From positions 173,916 through 237,915 of IMG/VR virus record IMGVR_UViG_3300043464_002284: a stretch of 64,000 nt of DNA. The stretch is one strand, 5' to 3'. The notes beneath the pieces are model-generated. The model searched no databases and was not told the DNA's origin. It worked only from the letters and a program-made list of their open reading frames with translations. A program made the translations under genes and the position numbers. Each line of letters starts with the position of its first letter. Position 1 is the first letter of the stretch. Shown piece after piece: positions 54,923 to 64,000 of the stretch.

Positions 54923-55387
54923 TTGGTGTATTCTATTATAACAATAGGAGTTTTTATGGATATTAATATTCTCGGTTTAGAACTATCTTCTAAGTTAGAA
55001 GATCTTGTGAATAAAGTTAAAAGCACCCTAGCTAATAGCAAATCTGTTGCTGTAACTCAAGCGTGGGGAATCCTACAACTTGCAGTAGCAGATACAGTAC
55101 AAGTTATTGAAGACAATAATCCTTCTTTGAAGGGATCTAGTAAAAAAGAAATTGCTTTGAGCATGATAAGTAATTTTTATGATAAGGTTTTTCTAGTGGT
55201 GAACATCCCCTTTGTTCCGGTCATGTTCCAGCCTATTATACAAAAGCACATCAAAGCTCTTTTGATGTTGTTGGTAAGTTCGACTATAGATTCTATGGTT
55301 GAAATTTTCAGGCAAACCGGTGTGTTTGAAGATCATAATACCGTTGATCCAAGTGTAGATAATACCCCAAAAGTTTCAGATAAATAA
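54923..55387 (+). CDS. Hypothetical protein; start probably ATG 54956
   Basis: AGGAG RBS before 54956; helical. Confidence 0.6.
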   Translation: MVYSIITIGVFMDINILGLELSSKLEDLVNKVKSTLANSKSVAVTQAWGILQLAVADTVQVIEDNNPSLKGSSKKEIALSMISNFYDKVFLVVNIPFVPVMFQPIIQKHIKALLMLLVSSTIDSMVEIFRQTGVFEDHNTVDPSVDNTPKVSDK

Positions 55388-55402
55388 AACGAGGAATATA
55401 AA

Positions 55403-55801
55403 ATGAATTTTACAGAAAGCTTTCAAGAGTTTAGTAGCAAGTTGAGCACAACGGATTTGGCTCTTTACGCTGGTGTAGGTTTAGTGTTATGGGTACTATT
55501 TAAGGATAAACTTAGTCCCGTACAACAACTACTAACTTCTGTTATGGACAGAGTTAAGGGCTTAACGTCTGGTGGTGGAATGAAGCTACCAACAGTTGAT
55601 GTTCCAAAGTTTGACCCAGTTGTACTACCTAAAGCAGTCGGTGATAAAGATGATATATTTTTTAAGCTTGTGGTATCATGGAAGCAAACTCGTGATTTAG
55701 CAGAAAAGAGTGGCTGTGCCGAAGCTATTAAGGTTGCCGATCAGATGTTTCCATTTCTAAGTCCTAATGTATGTGCTAAAAAAGAGGATAAAGTTGTATG
55801 A
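55403..55801 (+). CDS. Single-TM hypothetical protein
   Basis: GAGG RBS; one TM. Confidence 0.6.
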   Translation: MNFTESFQEFSSKLSTTDLALYAGVGLVLWVLFKDKLSPVQQLLTSVMDRVKGLTSGGGMKLPTVDVPKFDPVVLPKAVGDKDDIFFKLVVSWKQTRDLAEKSGCAEAIKVADQMFPFLSPNVCAKKEDKVV

Positions 55802-56292
55802 AAAACAATAATTTATTACTAGTAGTTGCTGGCTTACTTATTCTGGTTGGATTAACTAAGTTTGATTTCTCAGGATTCAATATTCTGCCAAATAGACCCA
55901 ATGTTGTTGATGTATTAGAACTACCAGAACCAACAGACGAAACTGTTAAAAAAGAAGCTGATGATGTTGTTGCAGTATTAAAAGAGTCTGGAGCAAAGGG
56001 TGATGCTAAGAGATTAAGAGACCTATATCTTGATCTAGCAAAGCTTGTTGAGCTTGACGGAGAAAACGAAGTAGTTAAGAGTACAGAAGAAATTCGCCAA
56101 GCAAATAGTTTAGCTGGTGTTATGCTTAGACTAGACATTAAAGGCAAATATCCCAATCTAGCAAAAGAGGCAAAAGAAGTAGTTGTTGCTTCAATTGGCG
56201 ATGATCAAATTCTATTATCTAAAGAGCTAAGAGTTAAAGCCGTAGAAGGCCTTAATGCTTTAGCTTGGGCTTGTAATATGGGGTCAAAATAA
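55798..56292 (+). CDS. Membrane-anchored/secreted hypothetical protein
   Basis: N-terminal hydrophobic segment; ATGA overlap. Confidence 0.6.
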   Translation: MKNNNLLLVVAGLLILVGLTKFDFSGFNILPNRPNVVDVLELPEPTDETVKKEADDVVAVLKESGAKGDAKRLRDLYLDLAKLVELDGENEVVKSTEEIRQANSLAGVMLRLDIKGKYPNLAKEAKEVVVASIGDDQILLSKELRVKAVEGLNALAWACNMGSK

Positions 56293-57215
56293 TGCCAAGA
56301 CTATCTCCAAAAGAACTATACGATAATTATCGCAAAGGATTCAGCGGGTGCTTATGGGAACAGCACATATACGATGCTTTAATGGAACACTCTAAGTATC
56401 CATTATTTGGTGATGCTAGTAAAAAAATTAGCGGTAGTGGTAAAGGTAAACTTTCAACACCATACAAGAGCGTATTAAAATTTGATAAGCATCCTTATAA
56501 CGAAAGACAAACCACTGGGGATTGTGTTAGTCATGGAACACGAAATGCTTGTGACGTTTCGCGGGCAGTAGAAATAGATATACATAATGAGAGAGAAGAC
56601 TGGATAGCAAGGGGTGCAACAGAGGCTATCTATGGATATAGAGGATTCAGTGGACAAGGCATGAGTTGTGCAAGAGCAGCTGAATTTGTTAGTAAGGTTG
56701 GTGGCCTTGTTGTTAGAAAGAATTACGGCTTTGTAGACTTCAGTAAATACAATGGTAATTTAGGAGCGGGCTGGGGCGGTAGGGGTCTCCCTGATAAAGT
56801 ATTAGATCTTTCTAATGACCACCAAATTAAGACGGCTTCACTGATTAGAACAGTAGAAGAAGCTCGTGATGCTCTTGCTAATGGTTATGGATTAGCAGTA
56901 TGTTCTAATTATGGATTTAGTAATACCAGAGATAAAAAGGGATTTGCTAGAACATCTGGTAACTGGGCTCATTGTATGGCTTGGATAGCATGTGACGATA
57001 CTGGTAGTGAGCCAGCATTCTTAGTACAAAATAGCTGGGGTAAATGGAATGACGGAGGACATCCAGAATGGGGACCTATTCCAGAAGGGTCATTTTTAAT
57101 TCATGCTGATGCTGCTGCTGGAATGTTATCAGCTAATGGTTCTTATGCTTTTAGTGGTTTTGATGGTTTTCCTCTTCAAAAACTACCAAGTTATGGATTT
57201 GACGACTATTTGTAG
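56292..57215 (+). CDS. Papain-like cysteine peptidase (C1-like)
   Basis: QTTGDCVSHG (Gln oxyanion plus Cys), WAHCMAWIA (His), LVQNSWG (Asn). Confidence 0.88.
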   Translation: MPRLSPKELYDNYRKGFSGCLWEQHIYDALMEHSKYPLFGDASKKISGSGKGKLSTPYKSVLKFDKHPYNERQTTGDCVSHGTRNACDVSRAVEIDIHNEREDWIARGATEAIYGYRGFSGQGMSCARAAEFVSKVGGLVVRKNYGFVDFSKYNGNLGAGWGGRGLPDKVLDLSNDHQIKTASLIRTVEEARDALANGYGLAVCSNYGFSNTRDKKGFARTSGNWAHCMAWIACDDTGSEPAFLVQNSWGKWNDGGHPEWGPIPEGSFLIHADAAAGMLSANGSYAFSGFDGFPLQKLPSYGFDDYL

Positions 57216-57306
57216 TCTAGCCGTTTGAAATAATCAGGGACGTAAAACTAATCAAAGAAATTTGGTGTATATATTTATGTCCTTTTTTAAATAAGAGATT
57301 ATTTCT

Positions 57307-57495
57307 ATGAGACTAATAGACAAAATAGTTTTGAATAGATCAGTAAAAATACTTTTGGATTTTATCTTGTCTGTGCTCAAGATATTTGAAAAACACATTC
57401 CAGAAGATAAGCCTGATGGTCCGGTGAAACCAAAGCCAAAACCCAAAAGACCCTTAAAAGATCTGGTAGATAATATCTTACCATGGAGAAAGTAA
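57307..57495 (+). CDS. Small hypothetical protein
   Basis: Amphipathic N-terminus, PKPKPK, ends PWRK. Confidence 0.55.
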   Translation: MRLIDKIVLNRSVKILLDFILSVLKIFEKHIPEDKPDGPVKPKPKPKRPLKDLVDNILPWRK

Positions 57496-57496
57496 A

Positions 57497-57829
57497 ATGA
57501 ATAAATTATTTATAGGTCTATTTTGCGTTAGCCTATTGTTTACTGGATCTAACTACTATGGGTCAACAACAGCCCCAGTAACTCTTGCTGGAGGAATTAT
57601 TAAAGCCAAGCATACACAGGAGAGTGTCTCAAAATATAAAAGAAAAGATTGTCCAGTTTGCAAGGGTAAAGGATATTATATTAGTGGAGATGGTATTCTT
57701 AAAATAGATTGCACATATTGCGAACCAGACAAAGGAGCTATTACTGTTGGACCAATAAAATCTATAACCCCAACACAAAAAACACCATCTAAAAATAGTT
57801 GCATTACTGGCCAGTGTCCTTTAAAATAA
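57497..57829 (+). CDS. Secreted protein with DnaJ-type CxxCxGxG zinc motif
   Basis: Signal peptide; CPVCKGKG...CTYC. Confidence 0.65.
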   Translation: MNKLFIGLFCVSLLFTGSNYYGSTTAPVTLAGGIIKAKHTQESVSKYKRKDCPVCKGKGYYISGDGILKIDCTYCEPDKGAITVGPIKSITPTQKTPSKNSCITGQCPLK

Positions 57830-57886
57830 TTGGAATGTATGGTGTAGTCTATTGTAGACGCATTCTGTATATGTTTAGGAAACACT

Positions 57887-58798
57887 ATGGCCAAACAATT
57901 AGATCCATTTGTAAAATTTGTGGGACAAATATGTCGCAAGTGTTGCGATTGTAGGATATTAGACCCAAATGGAACCAACCCAAATTTAAAGTGCTGTAAT
58001 AGTTTGGAAGGAGTTACGCCACAATGTTACGATCCCAAAGACAGTTGTATGGAATGCATAGATGTATTCCCGGCGCCTGCTGCAAATTCAAATGAACCAA
58101 AACAAAAATTAGTACCTAAATGCCAAGAACAATCATTAAAATTTGTACATGAAAATAAAAACAAATGTTGTGATGGTGAATGTTATGATAATTGTAGTGA
58201 GTGTATAGAGAAAAAAGTTCAATTAAAATTTAATAATAGTACACCCCCCGCAAAAAAAGAATCAAAAACCGATCCAGACAAGATATATATCTGTTGTGGT
58301 GGAACAACAGTCTCAGCCCCCAAAAGAGAAGCTGATTGTTATGAGTGTGTAGATACACTAGAAAAATACATCTTAAATGATGGCAGAGAAGTTACATATA
58401 CTAAGAGTGTTCCAAGACTAAAAGAACCACCACAGGGCAAAACAACATGCTGTTACGGAGAATGGTATGATCCTAAGGAACCCTGCGATACATGCGACGA
58501 TGATGGAAAAAAATTAATCAAATTAGCATGCAATCCGCCTAAATTTGCAACAAACATATGGGATTATGTGCTTAATAAGGCATGCTGTAATGGTGAATGT
58601 TATAATCCAACATGTTATGACTGTATTAAAACAGAAGCTGGTACTTCGACTATAACACCAAAACTTGATTGCAAATGCTGTATTAATTATAGCTATCCGA
58701 TTTCAAGTCAATGTTGTAAGGGTAAACAATTGTGCTGTGTTGGTAGCTCATCTGAGCCTTCAGAATGCTATGATCCTAATTGCGATGTGTGTACCTAA
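57887..58798 (+). CDS. Cys-rich repeat protein
   Basis: Repeated CC..G.CY.P..C..C units. Confidence 0.75.
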   Translation: MAKQLDPFVKFVGQICRKCCDCRILDPNGTNPNLKCCNSLEGVTPQCYDPKDSCMECIDVFPAPAANSNEPKQKLVPKCQEQSLKFVHENKNKCCDGECYDNCSECIEKKVQLKFNNSTPPAKKESKTDPDKIYICCGGTTVSAPKREADCYECVDTLEKYILNDGREVTYTKSVPRLKEPPQGKTTCCYGEWYDPKEPCDTCDDDGKKLIKLACNPPKFATNIWDYVLNKACCNGECYNPTCYDCIKTEAGTSTITPKLDCKCCINYSYPISSQCCKGKQLCCVGSSSEPSECYDPNCDVCT

Positions 58799-58816
58799 TT
58801 TTTAAAGAAATATTTT

Positions 58817-61800
58817 ATGCCCGTTAAAAAAACAGTCTGCGAAAAACCACTCGAATGTTGCAAAGACCAAGCTACTCAAACAACGGAATGCTATGATCCA
58901 ACAAAATGTGAAGTTTGTGTTGGAGGAAAAGTTATCAAAGAGGCATCTAATAATGATGAATTAAAAAAGAAATGTAAAGAATGCCAGAAAACTGAAGTTA
59001 AAGATGTGGCTGATCCGACAATAGTCATTCATACACTGTATAATACAATTGATTTGTGTGATAATCCGGAATTTGGAACACAGAATAAGCCAAATTGTTG
59101 TTTTGGTACTTGTTGGAATGAAGATACTGATAAGTGTAAAAGATGTGACGCTACTCTTGGAGTAGTAGATAAATATGATAGCTTTAACATATGCGAAATA
59201 TGTGATCCAGCAACAGGAAACAAAATAACGAAACCATGCCCACAAGGCAAAGAATGTTGTCCTTCTCAATCTGAAGAATGTGTTGACATTTGTCATTGCG
59301 ATGGAGACAATACTATGACTCCTTGCGGCGCCTGTGGGTGTTGCGAACCATGCGAAAAATGTGAAAATGGAAATAAAATTACGGGCGCTTCAATTTCGTC
59401 ATCTGACGAATTTGAATGTAAAGTTTGTGACAAAGGAGAAAAAGTAAGCGCATGTGGAACTTGGGGTACGTGTTGTGGCGGAAAATGTATTAGCAATAAT
59501 GCTTCGGCTTGTGAATATTGTGGTTATTCCGGTTCTCCAACAAGTACTTGTACTAATTTCAGTCCAAATTGTTGTGGTACTGAATGTTGGAATCAAGATA
59601 CTGATAGGTGTTACAAGTGCGTGTCGGGTCCAAATAGGCCTCCAGTATTGGTTGCAAAATGTGGTATTTCGGATCCTAACCATATAGCAGATAAGCCGTT
59701 ATGTTGTAATGGTCAGTGTTACGATCCGAAAGGATGCGAGATATGCATTAATAATACCACTCTGAGATACATTATAGAAACTGATTCAGAAGGCTGCTGT
59801 ACTAATTATGATGGCGATAGAATAGTTTCAAGAAAATATACAAAAGCTACACATACTTGCTGTAATGGAGATATAGTTCCAAAAAATGAGTGTTGTGGTA
59901 ATTCTAGAATAAATACTAATGGCATTAAATGTTGTAATGATCTACCATATAATACAGATACAGATATGTGCTGTGATAACAAAATAATCAAAAAAACAGA
60001 TGATATTGATTGTTGTGTATATAAAGATCCTGTGGGAGATATTTTTTTAGAAAGAACATATGAAACAAGATGTGAAAAATGCACAACAGACGGAGTCATC
60101 AAAACATATGATGAGGGATGCTATAGCTGTTCATGGGAAGAAGGTCCAGTATTGATATGTGACAGTAAAAAACCTGACTGTTGTAGCTCCTGGAATATAG
60201 ACACAGCAAACGACAAAAAGGGGAAATGTTGGAATAAAGAACTACAAAAATGCGAGATGTGCGATGATGGTTCAATAGTCCCAGTAAAAGGATTAGTAGA
60301 ATTTCCTAGCTACGACCCACCTCATAAGACTGCTTTAGATGCCGATGACCTTCGTGGGGTAGCGACATGTTGCGGAGGAAAGTGGTACAGAAATACTGAC
60401 GATAGTTTACTCTTACAAGACTGGGCCCCTGAATTTCTTGAATTTCTTGGTCCGTTAAATATAGGACCAAAAACATGCTATGAGTGTATTAATGACTCAG
60501 TTGATAAATATTGTCTTTTTGAATATGACATTACCGAAAAACTATGGAAACCAAAAGATGTCAAAAAAGATCCAAAGATCGAATGCTGTATAGTTAATGG
60601 AGTAAGACAATGTTATAGTAAATGCGAATACAGATGCGTTCCAGACGGAAACACCTTCAAGCTTGAAGAAAACACCTCTGGATCATTGTCTCTAATACAA
60701 GATGTCACAAATGCTAAATTCAAATGTTGTCTTTTTACTCAAACACAATTCAATGAAAATTGTGAAATTTGCACCCCGATGGGCGTCTTGCCAAGATTAG
60801 ACTGTAAGTCTTGTTGTGATTATTTATGTTGCAAAAATGATTGTTGCGATGGTACTCCAGAATTTTGTTGTCCAGATAATTCTCCCAAATGTGTGGGTGG
60901 CGGTTTATGTTGCAAAAATGATGAAATAAAATGCGGATCGGTTTGCTGTCCATCAAATAGATGTAGTGGTAATGGTATCTGCTGTCCAGAGGGACAAGAA
61001 GTTTGCGGATCCTCTGGCGCATGCTGCCCAATAGGGTCTTGCTGCGCCAATGGAGAATGCGCATCTAGCAATCAAATTTGTTGTGGTGGATCTCCTAAAA
61101 ATCTCAATGAGTGCTCTGAATGCTGCAATAATACTTGTGTAAATACTTCACAAAAATGCTGTAACGATACTGATAATAATCAGTTTATCTGTAGCGATAA
61201 TCAAATATGTTGCGGTGATTCTTGTTGCAATAGCGGTGACGCATGTTGCGATGGAACTTGTTATAATTCGCTAAACTGCGAAAAATGTACAAATTTTGGT
61301 ATAGTAGGCCTAGAACTAAATGAAGCTTGTTGTGCTGGTATGACATATAGACCGATTGATTGTGAGAAATGTGAAAACGGAGTTAAAAAACCTTATATAA
61401 GTACTAGTAATGTCTGTTTTTGTTATAAAGGACAAGAATATTGTACATGTCCAATAGCTGGTTTGCGCATAGAAATAGATACGGAAAATACAGGACATTG
61501 CTGTGATGCTGCTACTTTTAAGGTTAGGCTGGTTAGTGCTTTGAGTGGTCAAGGCTCAATAATTGGTTCAGTTAATTTAAATAATTCAGATTCCTGCATC
61601 CCACCATTCAGACAAATAACTGTATCAGACGATGCAGCCAGGGATCTATTAAATAATTTAGTTGGACAAGATTGTTGTAATTTTAGGTTAGAATTAGTAT
61701 GCGACCCAACTGGATTCGGTGCCTTTCAGCCCTTCGGTCCTGATCAATGTCATACCTCCATAGCGAACGGAAGAGTCTTTAAGACACTATCTAACGGATC

Positions 61801-61876
61801 AGAATCACTGATATGGAGTGGGTATTTAGATAATACTGGAACATTTAATATTTGTGATGAAACACTATTACCATAA
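58817..61876 (+). CDS. Giant Cys-rich repeat protein (1019 aa)
   Basis: Many CC-x-G-x-C-[YW]...C-E-x-C repeats; distinct C-terminal domain; no signal peptide. Confidence 0.8.
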   Translation: MPVKKTVCEKPLECCKDQATQTTECYDPTKCEVCVGGKVIKEASNNDELKKKCKECQKTEVKDVADPTIVIHTLYNTIDLCDNPEFGTQNKPNCCFGTCWNEDTDKCKRCDATLGVVDKYDSFNICEICDPATGNKITKPCPQGKECCPSQSEECVDICHCDGDNTMTPCGACGCCEPCEKCENGNKITGASISSSDEFECKVCDKGEKVSACGTWGTCCGGKCISNNASACEYCGYSGSPTSTCTNFSPNCCGTECWNQDTDRCYKCVSGPNRPPVLVAKCGISDPNHIADKPLCCNGQCYDPKGCEICINNTTLRYIIETDSEGCCTNYDGDRIVSRKYTKATHTCCNGDIVPKNECCGNSRINTNGIKCCNDLPYNTDTDMCCDNKIIKKTDDIDCCVYKDPVGDIFLERTYETRCEKCTTDGVIKTYDEGCYSCSWEEGPVLICDSKKPDCCSSWNIDTANDKKGKCWNKELQKCEMCDDGSIVPVKGLVEFPSYDPPHKTALDADDLRGVATCCGGKWYRNTDDSLLLQDWAPEFLEFLGPLNIGPKTCYECINDSVDKYCLFEYDITEKLWKPKDVKKDPKIECCIVNGVRQCYSKCEYRCVPDGNTFKLEENTSGSLSLIQDVTNAKFKCCLFTQTQFNENCEICTPMGVLPRLDCKSCCDYLCCKNDCCDGTPEFCCPDNSPKCVGGGLCCKNDEIKCGSVCCPSNRCSGNGICCPEGQEVCGSSGACCPIGSCCANGECASSNQICCGGSPKNLNECSECCNNTCVNTSQKCCNDTDNNQFICSDNQICCGDSCCNSGDACCDGTCYNSLNCEKCTNFGIVGLELNEACCAGMTYRPIDCEKCENGVKKPYISTSNVCFCYKGQEYCTCPIAGLRIEIDTENTGHCCDAATFKVRLVSALSGQGSIIGSVNLNNSDSCIPPFRQITVSDDAARDLLNNLVGQDCCNFRLELVCDPTGFGAFQPFGPDQCHTSIANGRVFKTLSNGSESLIWSGYLDNTGTFNICDETLLP

Positions 61877-61893
61877 TTGTAGGTAAAATTATA

Positions 61894-63051
61894 ATGGCAG
61901 AAATAGACATTAATAAAAGTAAACCAGATAAAGAAGTAGATAATAGCGACTTGTTCGTTAATTATCCATTTCAAGGACAAGGAAGAACTGATGGGGATAC
62001 TCCAGCAGAAATAGATAGATTAAATAATTTTGCTAATTTATTAGCTGGTAGGTTTTTTAGATCAAACAGAAATCCTGTCAATACTCCTACTCCTACTCCT
62101 AGTTACGGGGCTCCACCTACTCCAACCCCAACAAATAGTAGAACACCCACACAAACCAGAACTCCAACCCCAACCTTAACACCAACACAATCGGTCACCC
62201 CCACCTTAACAGTAACTCCCACAAGCACAATAACTCCTACGCTAACCGCATCTGTAAGTCCCACAAATACTCCGACGAATACTCCAACAGCAACAACCAC
62301 TCCTACTCCAACAGCTACTAGTACGGCTACGCCAACGGCTACGGCTTCAGCTACGCCAACAGTTACACCAACCAACACGCCAACTAACACACCAAGCGTT
62401 ACTGCAACGCCAACAGCAACAAATACAGCTACCCCAACCGTTACGCCAACAGTTACGCCAACGGCTACAGCGTCAGCTACTCCAACAGCCACAGTATCGG
62501 CTACTCCAACTAACACTTCAAGCGCCACACCTACTGTAACTCCAACGGCCACGGCTTCGGCTACTCCGACATCTACAGTAACCGCAACTCCAACTGAAAC
62601 TCCAACAGCTACCCCAACCAACACGCCAACTAACACACCAAGCATAACACCCACAGAAACTCCTACTAATACTCCGTCGGTAACGCCTACTAACACATCA
62701 ACAGTCACAGCTACTCCAACAGCCACCCCAACCCCATCAGCATACTCTGGTTTTGATGTATATCTTGGCATAACATCAGGGAACTATGTTTCTGGCGGCG
62801 GAGTAACTCTATATGGAGCAACTGGTAGTCGTTTATATTTTGACGAGCTATCTTCGATTAATAATCCTTTGAACTTTACAGAAATTAGATTATACATAAA
62901 CAATACATATACTTATCGAATGACGGTATTCACTGAAATCATAACGGCAAACCTACCATTTGTATTAATATCTAGTACTGGTGTCGTATATCAGTCTAGT
63001 TTTGGGGCAGGATATAGTGTTGGAGCAGATAGGAGAATAGATTTAGTCTAA
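61894..63051 (+). CDS. Mucin-like Pro/Thr-repeat protein
   Basis: About 200 residues of TP/TAT/TVT repeats between globular ends. Confidence 0.85.
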   Translation: MAEIDINKSKPDKEVDNSDLFVNYPFQGQGRTDGDTPAEIDRLNNFANLLAGRFFRSNRNPVNTPTPTPSYGAPPTPTPTNSRTPTQTRTPTPTLTPTQSVTPTLTVTPTSTITPTLTASVSPTNTPTNTPTATTTPTPTATSTATPTATASATPTVTPTNTPTNTPSVTATPTATNTATPTVTPTVTPTATASATPTATVSATPTNTSSATPTVTPTATASATPTSTVTATPTETPTATPTNTPTNTPSITPTETPTNTPSVTPTNTSTVTATPTATPTPSAYSGFDVYLGITSGNYVSGGGVTLYGATGSRLYFDELSSINNPLNFTEIRLYINNTYTYRMTVFTEIITANLPFVLISSTGVVYQSSFGAGYSVGADRRIDLV

Positions 63052-63062
63052 ACGGATATAAT

Positions 63063-64000
63063 ATGAAACAAGATAAACAAATAATAGACGACCTATCTGC
63101 TTTATATGTACCACCAGCTCCGGGCGGCGGTCCACCTCCAGGCGGACCTCCACCCCCACCAGGACCGGGTGGGTATGTCGGCCAACCATGGAATATTAAT
63201 GCTGGTAAAATTTTAACAGAATATCTAGGCACTGATATTATTTCTATTGACTCTTTAAATAGTTTACAGTATATAGATAAAATTTGTAAATATGTTAATG
63301 GTTCTCTTATTTGCTGGGATGGGGACGAGCCATCTTTTTTAAGAGGTTTTAGTACATTAGATCCTAATACTGGTTATTTAATATTATCTAAAAGTTCTGC
63401 TGTCTTTCCTTATGTTATCTGGTACTACGATCCTGTAGTTCCATCAACGAGATCCATAACATCAGCTTATCAGATAGTCACATACCTAGGTTCTGAATTA
63501 GTATTAGATGACAACCCAGACTTTATCAATAACATTGTCAAAATTTTTAATCTCAACAATAACAGTCCGTTAACATGGATTAAAGCAGAACCATCTTTTG
63601 CTCAAGGGTTTGGTTCTTTGGAGTACGGCAAGACCTACTTATTTGTAAGCTCCAACACACCGTACTTGCTATATAATAGTGTCACGCCTACCCCAACAGC
63701 CACACAAACACAAACTCCTACAATCACGCCAACCAGCACGGCTACGCCAACAGCCACAGCGTCAGCTACTCCAACAGCAACAGCCACGGTAACTCCAACT
63801 GAAACCCCAACAGTTACCCCAACCGAAACACCTACTAACACGCCCAGTGTAACTCCCACTGAAACACCAACAGCAACCAGCACGGCTACGCCAACAGCCA
63901 CAGCGTCAGCTACTCCAACAGCAACAGCCACGGTAACTCCAACTGAAACCCCAACAGTTACCCCAACCGAAACACCTACTAACACGCCCAGTGTAACTCC
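63063..64000 (+). CDS. Second mucin-like Pro/Thr-repeat protein, 3'-partial (not in track)
   Basis: Open from ATG 63063 to the window end; Pro/Gly N-terminus, duplicated YLG...I.KI...N...W...EPSF..GF..L...Y domain, then TP repeats. Confidence 0.85.
   Translation, partial: MKQDKQIIDDLSALYVPPAPGGGPPPGGPPPPPGPGGYVGQPWNINAGKILTEYLGTDIISIDSLNSLQYIDKICKYVNGSLICWDGDEPSFLRGFSTLDPNTGYLILSKSSAVFPYVIWYYDPVVPSTRSITSAYQIVTYLGSELVLDDNPDFINNIVKIFNLNNNSPLTWIKAEPSFAQGFGSLEYGKTYLFVSSNTPYLLYNSVTPTPTATQTQTPTITPTSTATPTATASATPTATATVTPTETPTVTPTETPTNTPSVTPTETPTATSTATPTATASATPTATATVTPTETPTVTPTETPTNTPSVT
63731..64000 (+). repeat. Exact 144-bp intragenic tandem duplication (48 codons)
   Basis: aaccagcacggctacgcc... 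starts at 63731 and 63875; identical to the window end. Confidence 0.9.

Noticed and set aside
62103-62771. Val/Gly-rich minus-strand ORFs (also 63635..63985)
   Set aside because: Antisense shadows of the TP-repeat coding frames
582-63232. Numerous overlapping short or antisense track ORFs (e.g. 582..995, 5843..6202, 14884..15498, 32344..32802, 59399..59683)
   Set aside because: They lie opposite or within well-supported genes and have no RBS or recognisable motifs
1-64000. CRISPR array, rRNA or integrase/transposase
   Set aside because: No repeat-spacer periodicity, rRNA signature or recombinase/transposase motif was seen
1-64000. Eukaryotic giant virus (NCLDV) origin suggested by GT60, GT90, SET and papain genes
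   Set aside because: Shine-Dalgarno sites, sigma70 promoters, tmRNA, a sigma factor, rIIA/rIIB and a Tat signal indicate a bacteriophage
1-64000. Stop-codon reassignment or suppressor tRNAs
   Set aside because: Known genes are full length under code 11, TAG/TGA/TAA all end genes at sensible points, and the anticodons are TAT and TAA (sense)
63731-64000. 144-bp repeat as a CRISPR or terminal repeat
   Set aside because: In-frame tandem duplication inside an open reading frame with no spacers

Overview
This is a 64 kb segment of a large, AT-rich tailed bacteriophage genome, read with the standard bacterial code. It is neither cellular nor NCLDV: it has Shine-Dalgarno sites, sigma70-type promoters, rIIA/rIIB, a T4-like DNA ligase, endonuclease VII, HNH nucleases, tmRNA and tRNAs. 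A Tat-exported DUF1501 protein points to a Planctomycetota host (inference). Layout: (1) 1-24 kb, early/replication region with small ORFs, tRNA-Ile(UAU), tmRNA, tRNA-Leu(UAA), two unexplained structured RNAs, ligase, Ogg-like glycosylase, a minimal kinase, rIIA/B, a RepB-type primase, a Zn-ribbon/RuvA-domain-III protein next to RuvB, and an actin-like ATPase. (2) 24-26 kb, two serine proteases. (3) 26-46 kb, a divergently transcribed glycosylation island with about 12 glycosyltransferase-like ORFs (GT25, GT60, GT90, GT4, CgeB, HtrL), UDP-galactopyranose mutase, a 2OG-Fe(II) oxygenase and methyltransferases, plus SET, macro and GMP reductase genes. (4) 46-51 kb, bacterioferritin-like, sigma factor, ClpP-like and pseudo-DeoC genes. 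(5) 51-64 kb, putative virion/lysis genes: fibre proteins, a holin-like plus papain-like cassette, giant Cys-rich repeat proteins and mucin-like Pro/Thr-repeat proteins. The main hypothesis is a phage-encoded protein hydroxylation/O-glycosylation system that decorates mucin-like virion fibres. All family assignments come from motif recognition by eye; no database searches were run.
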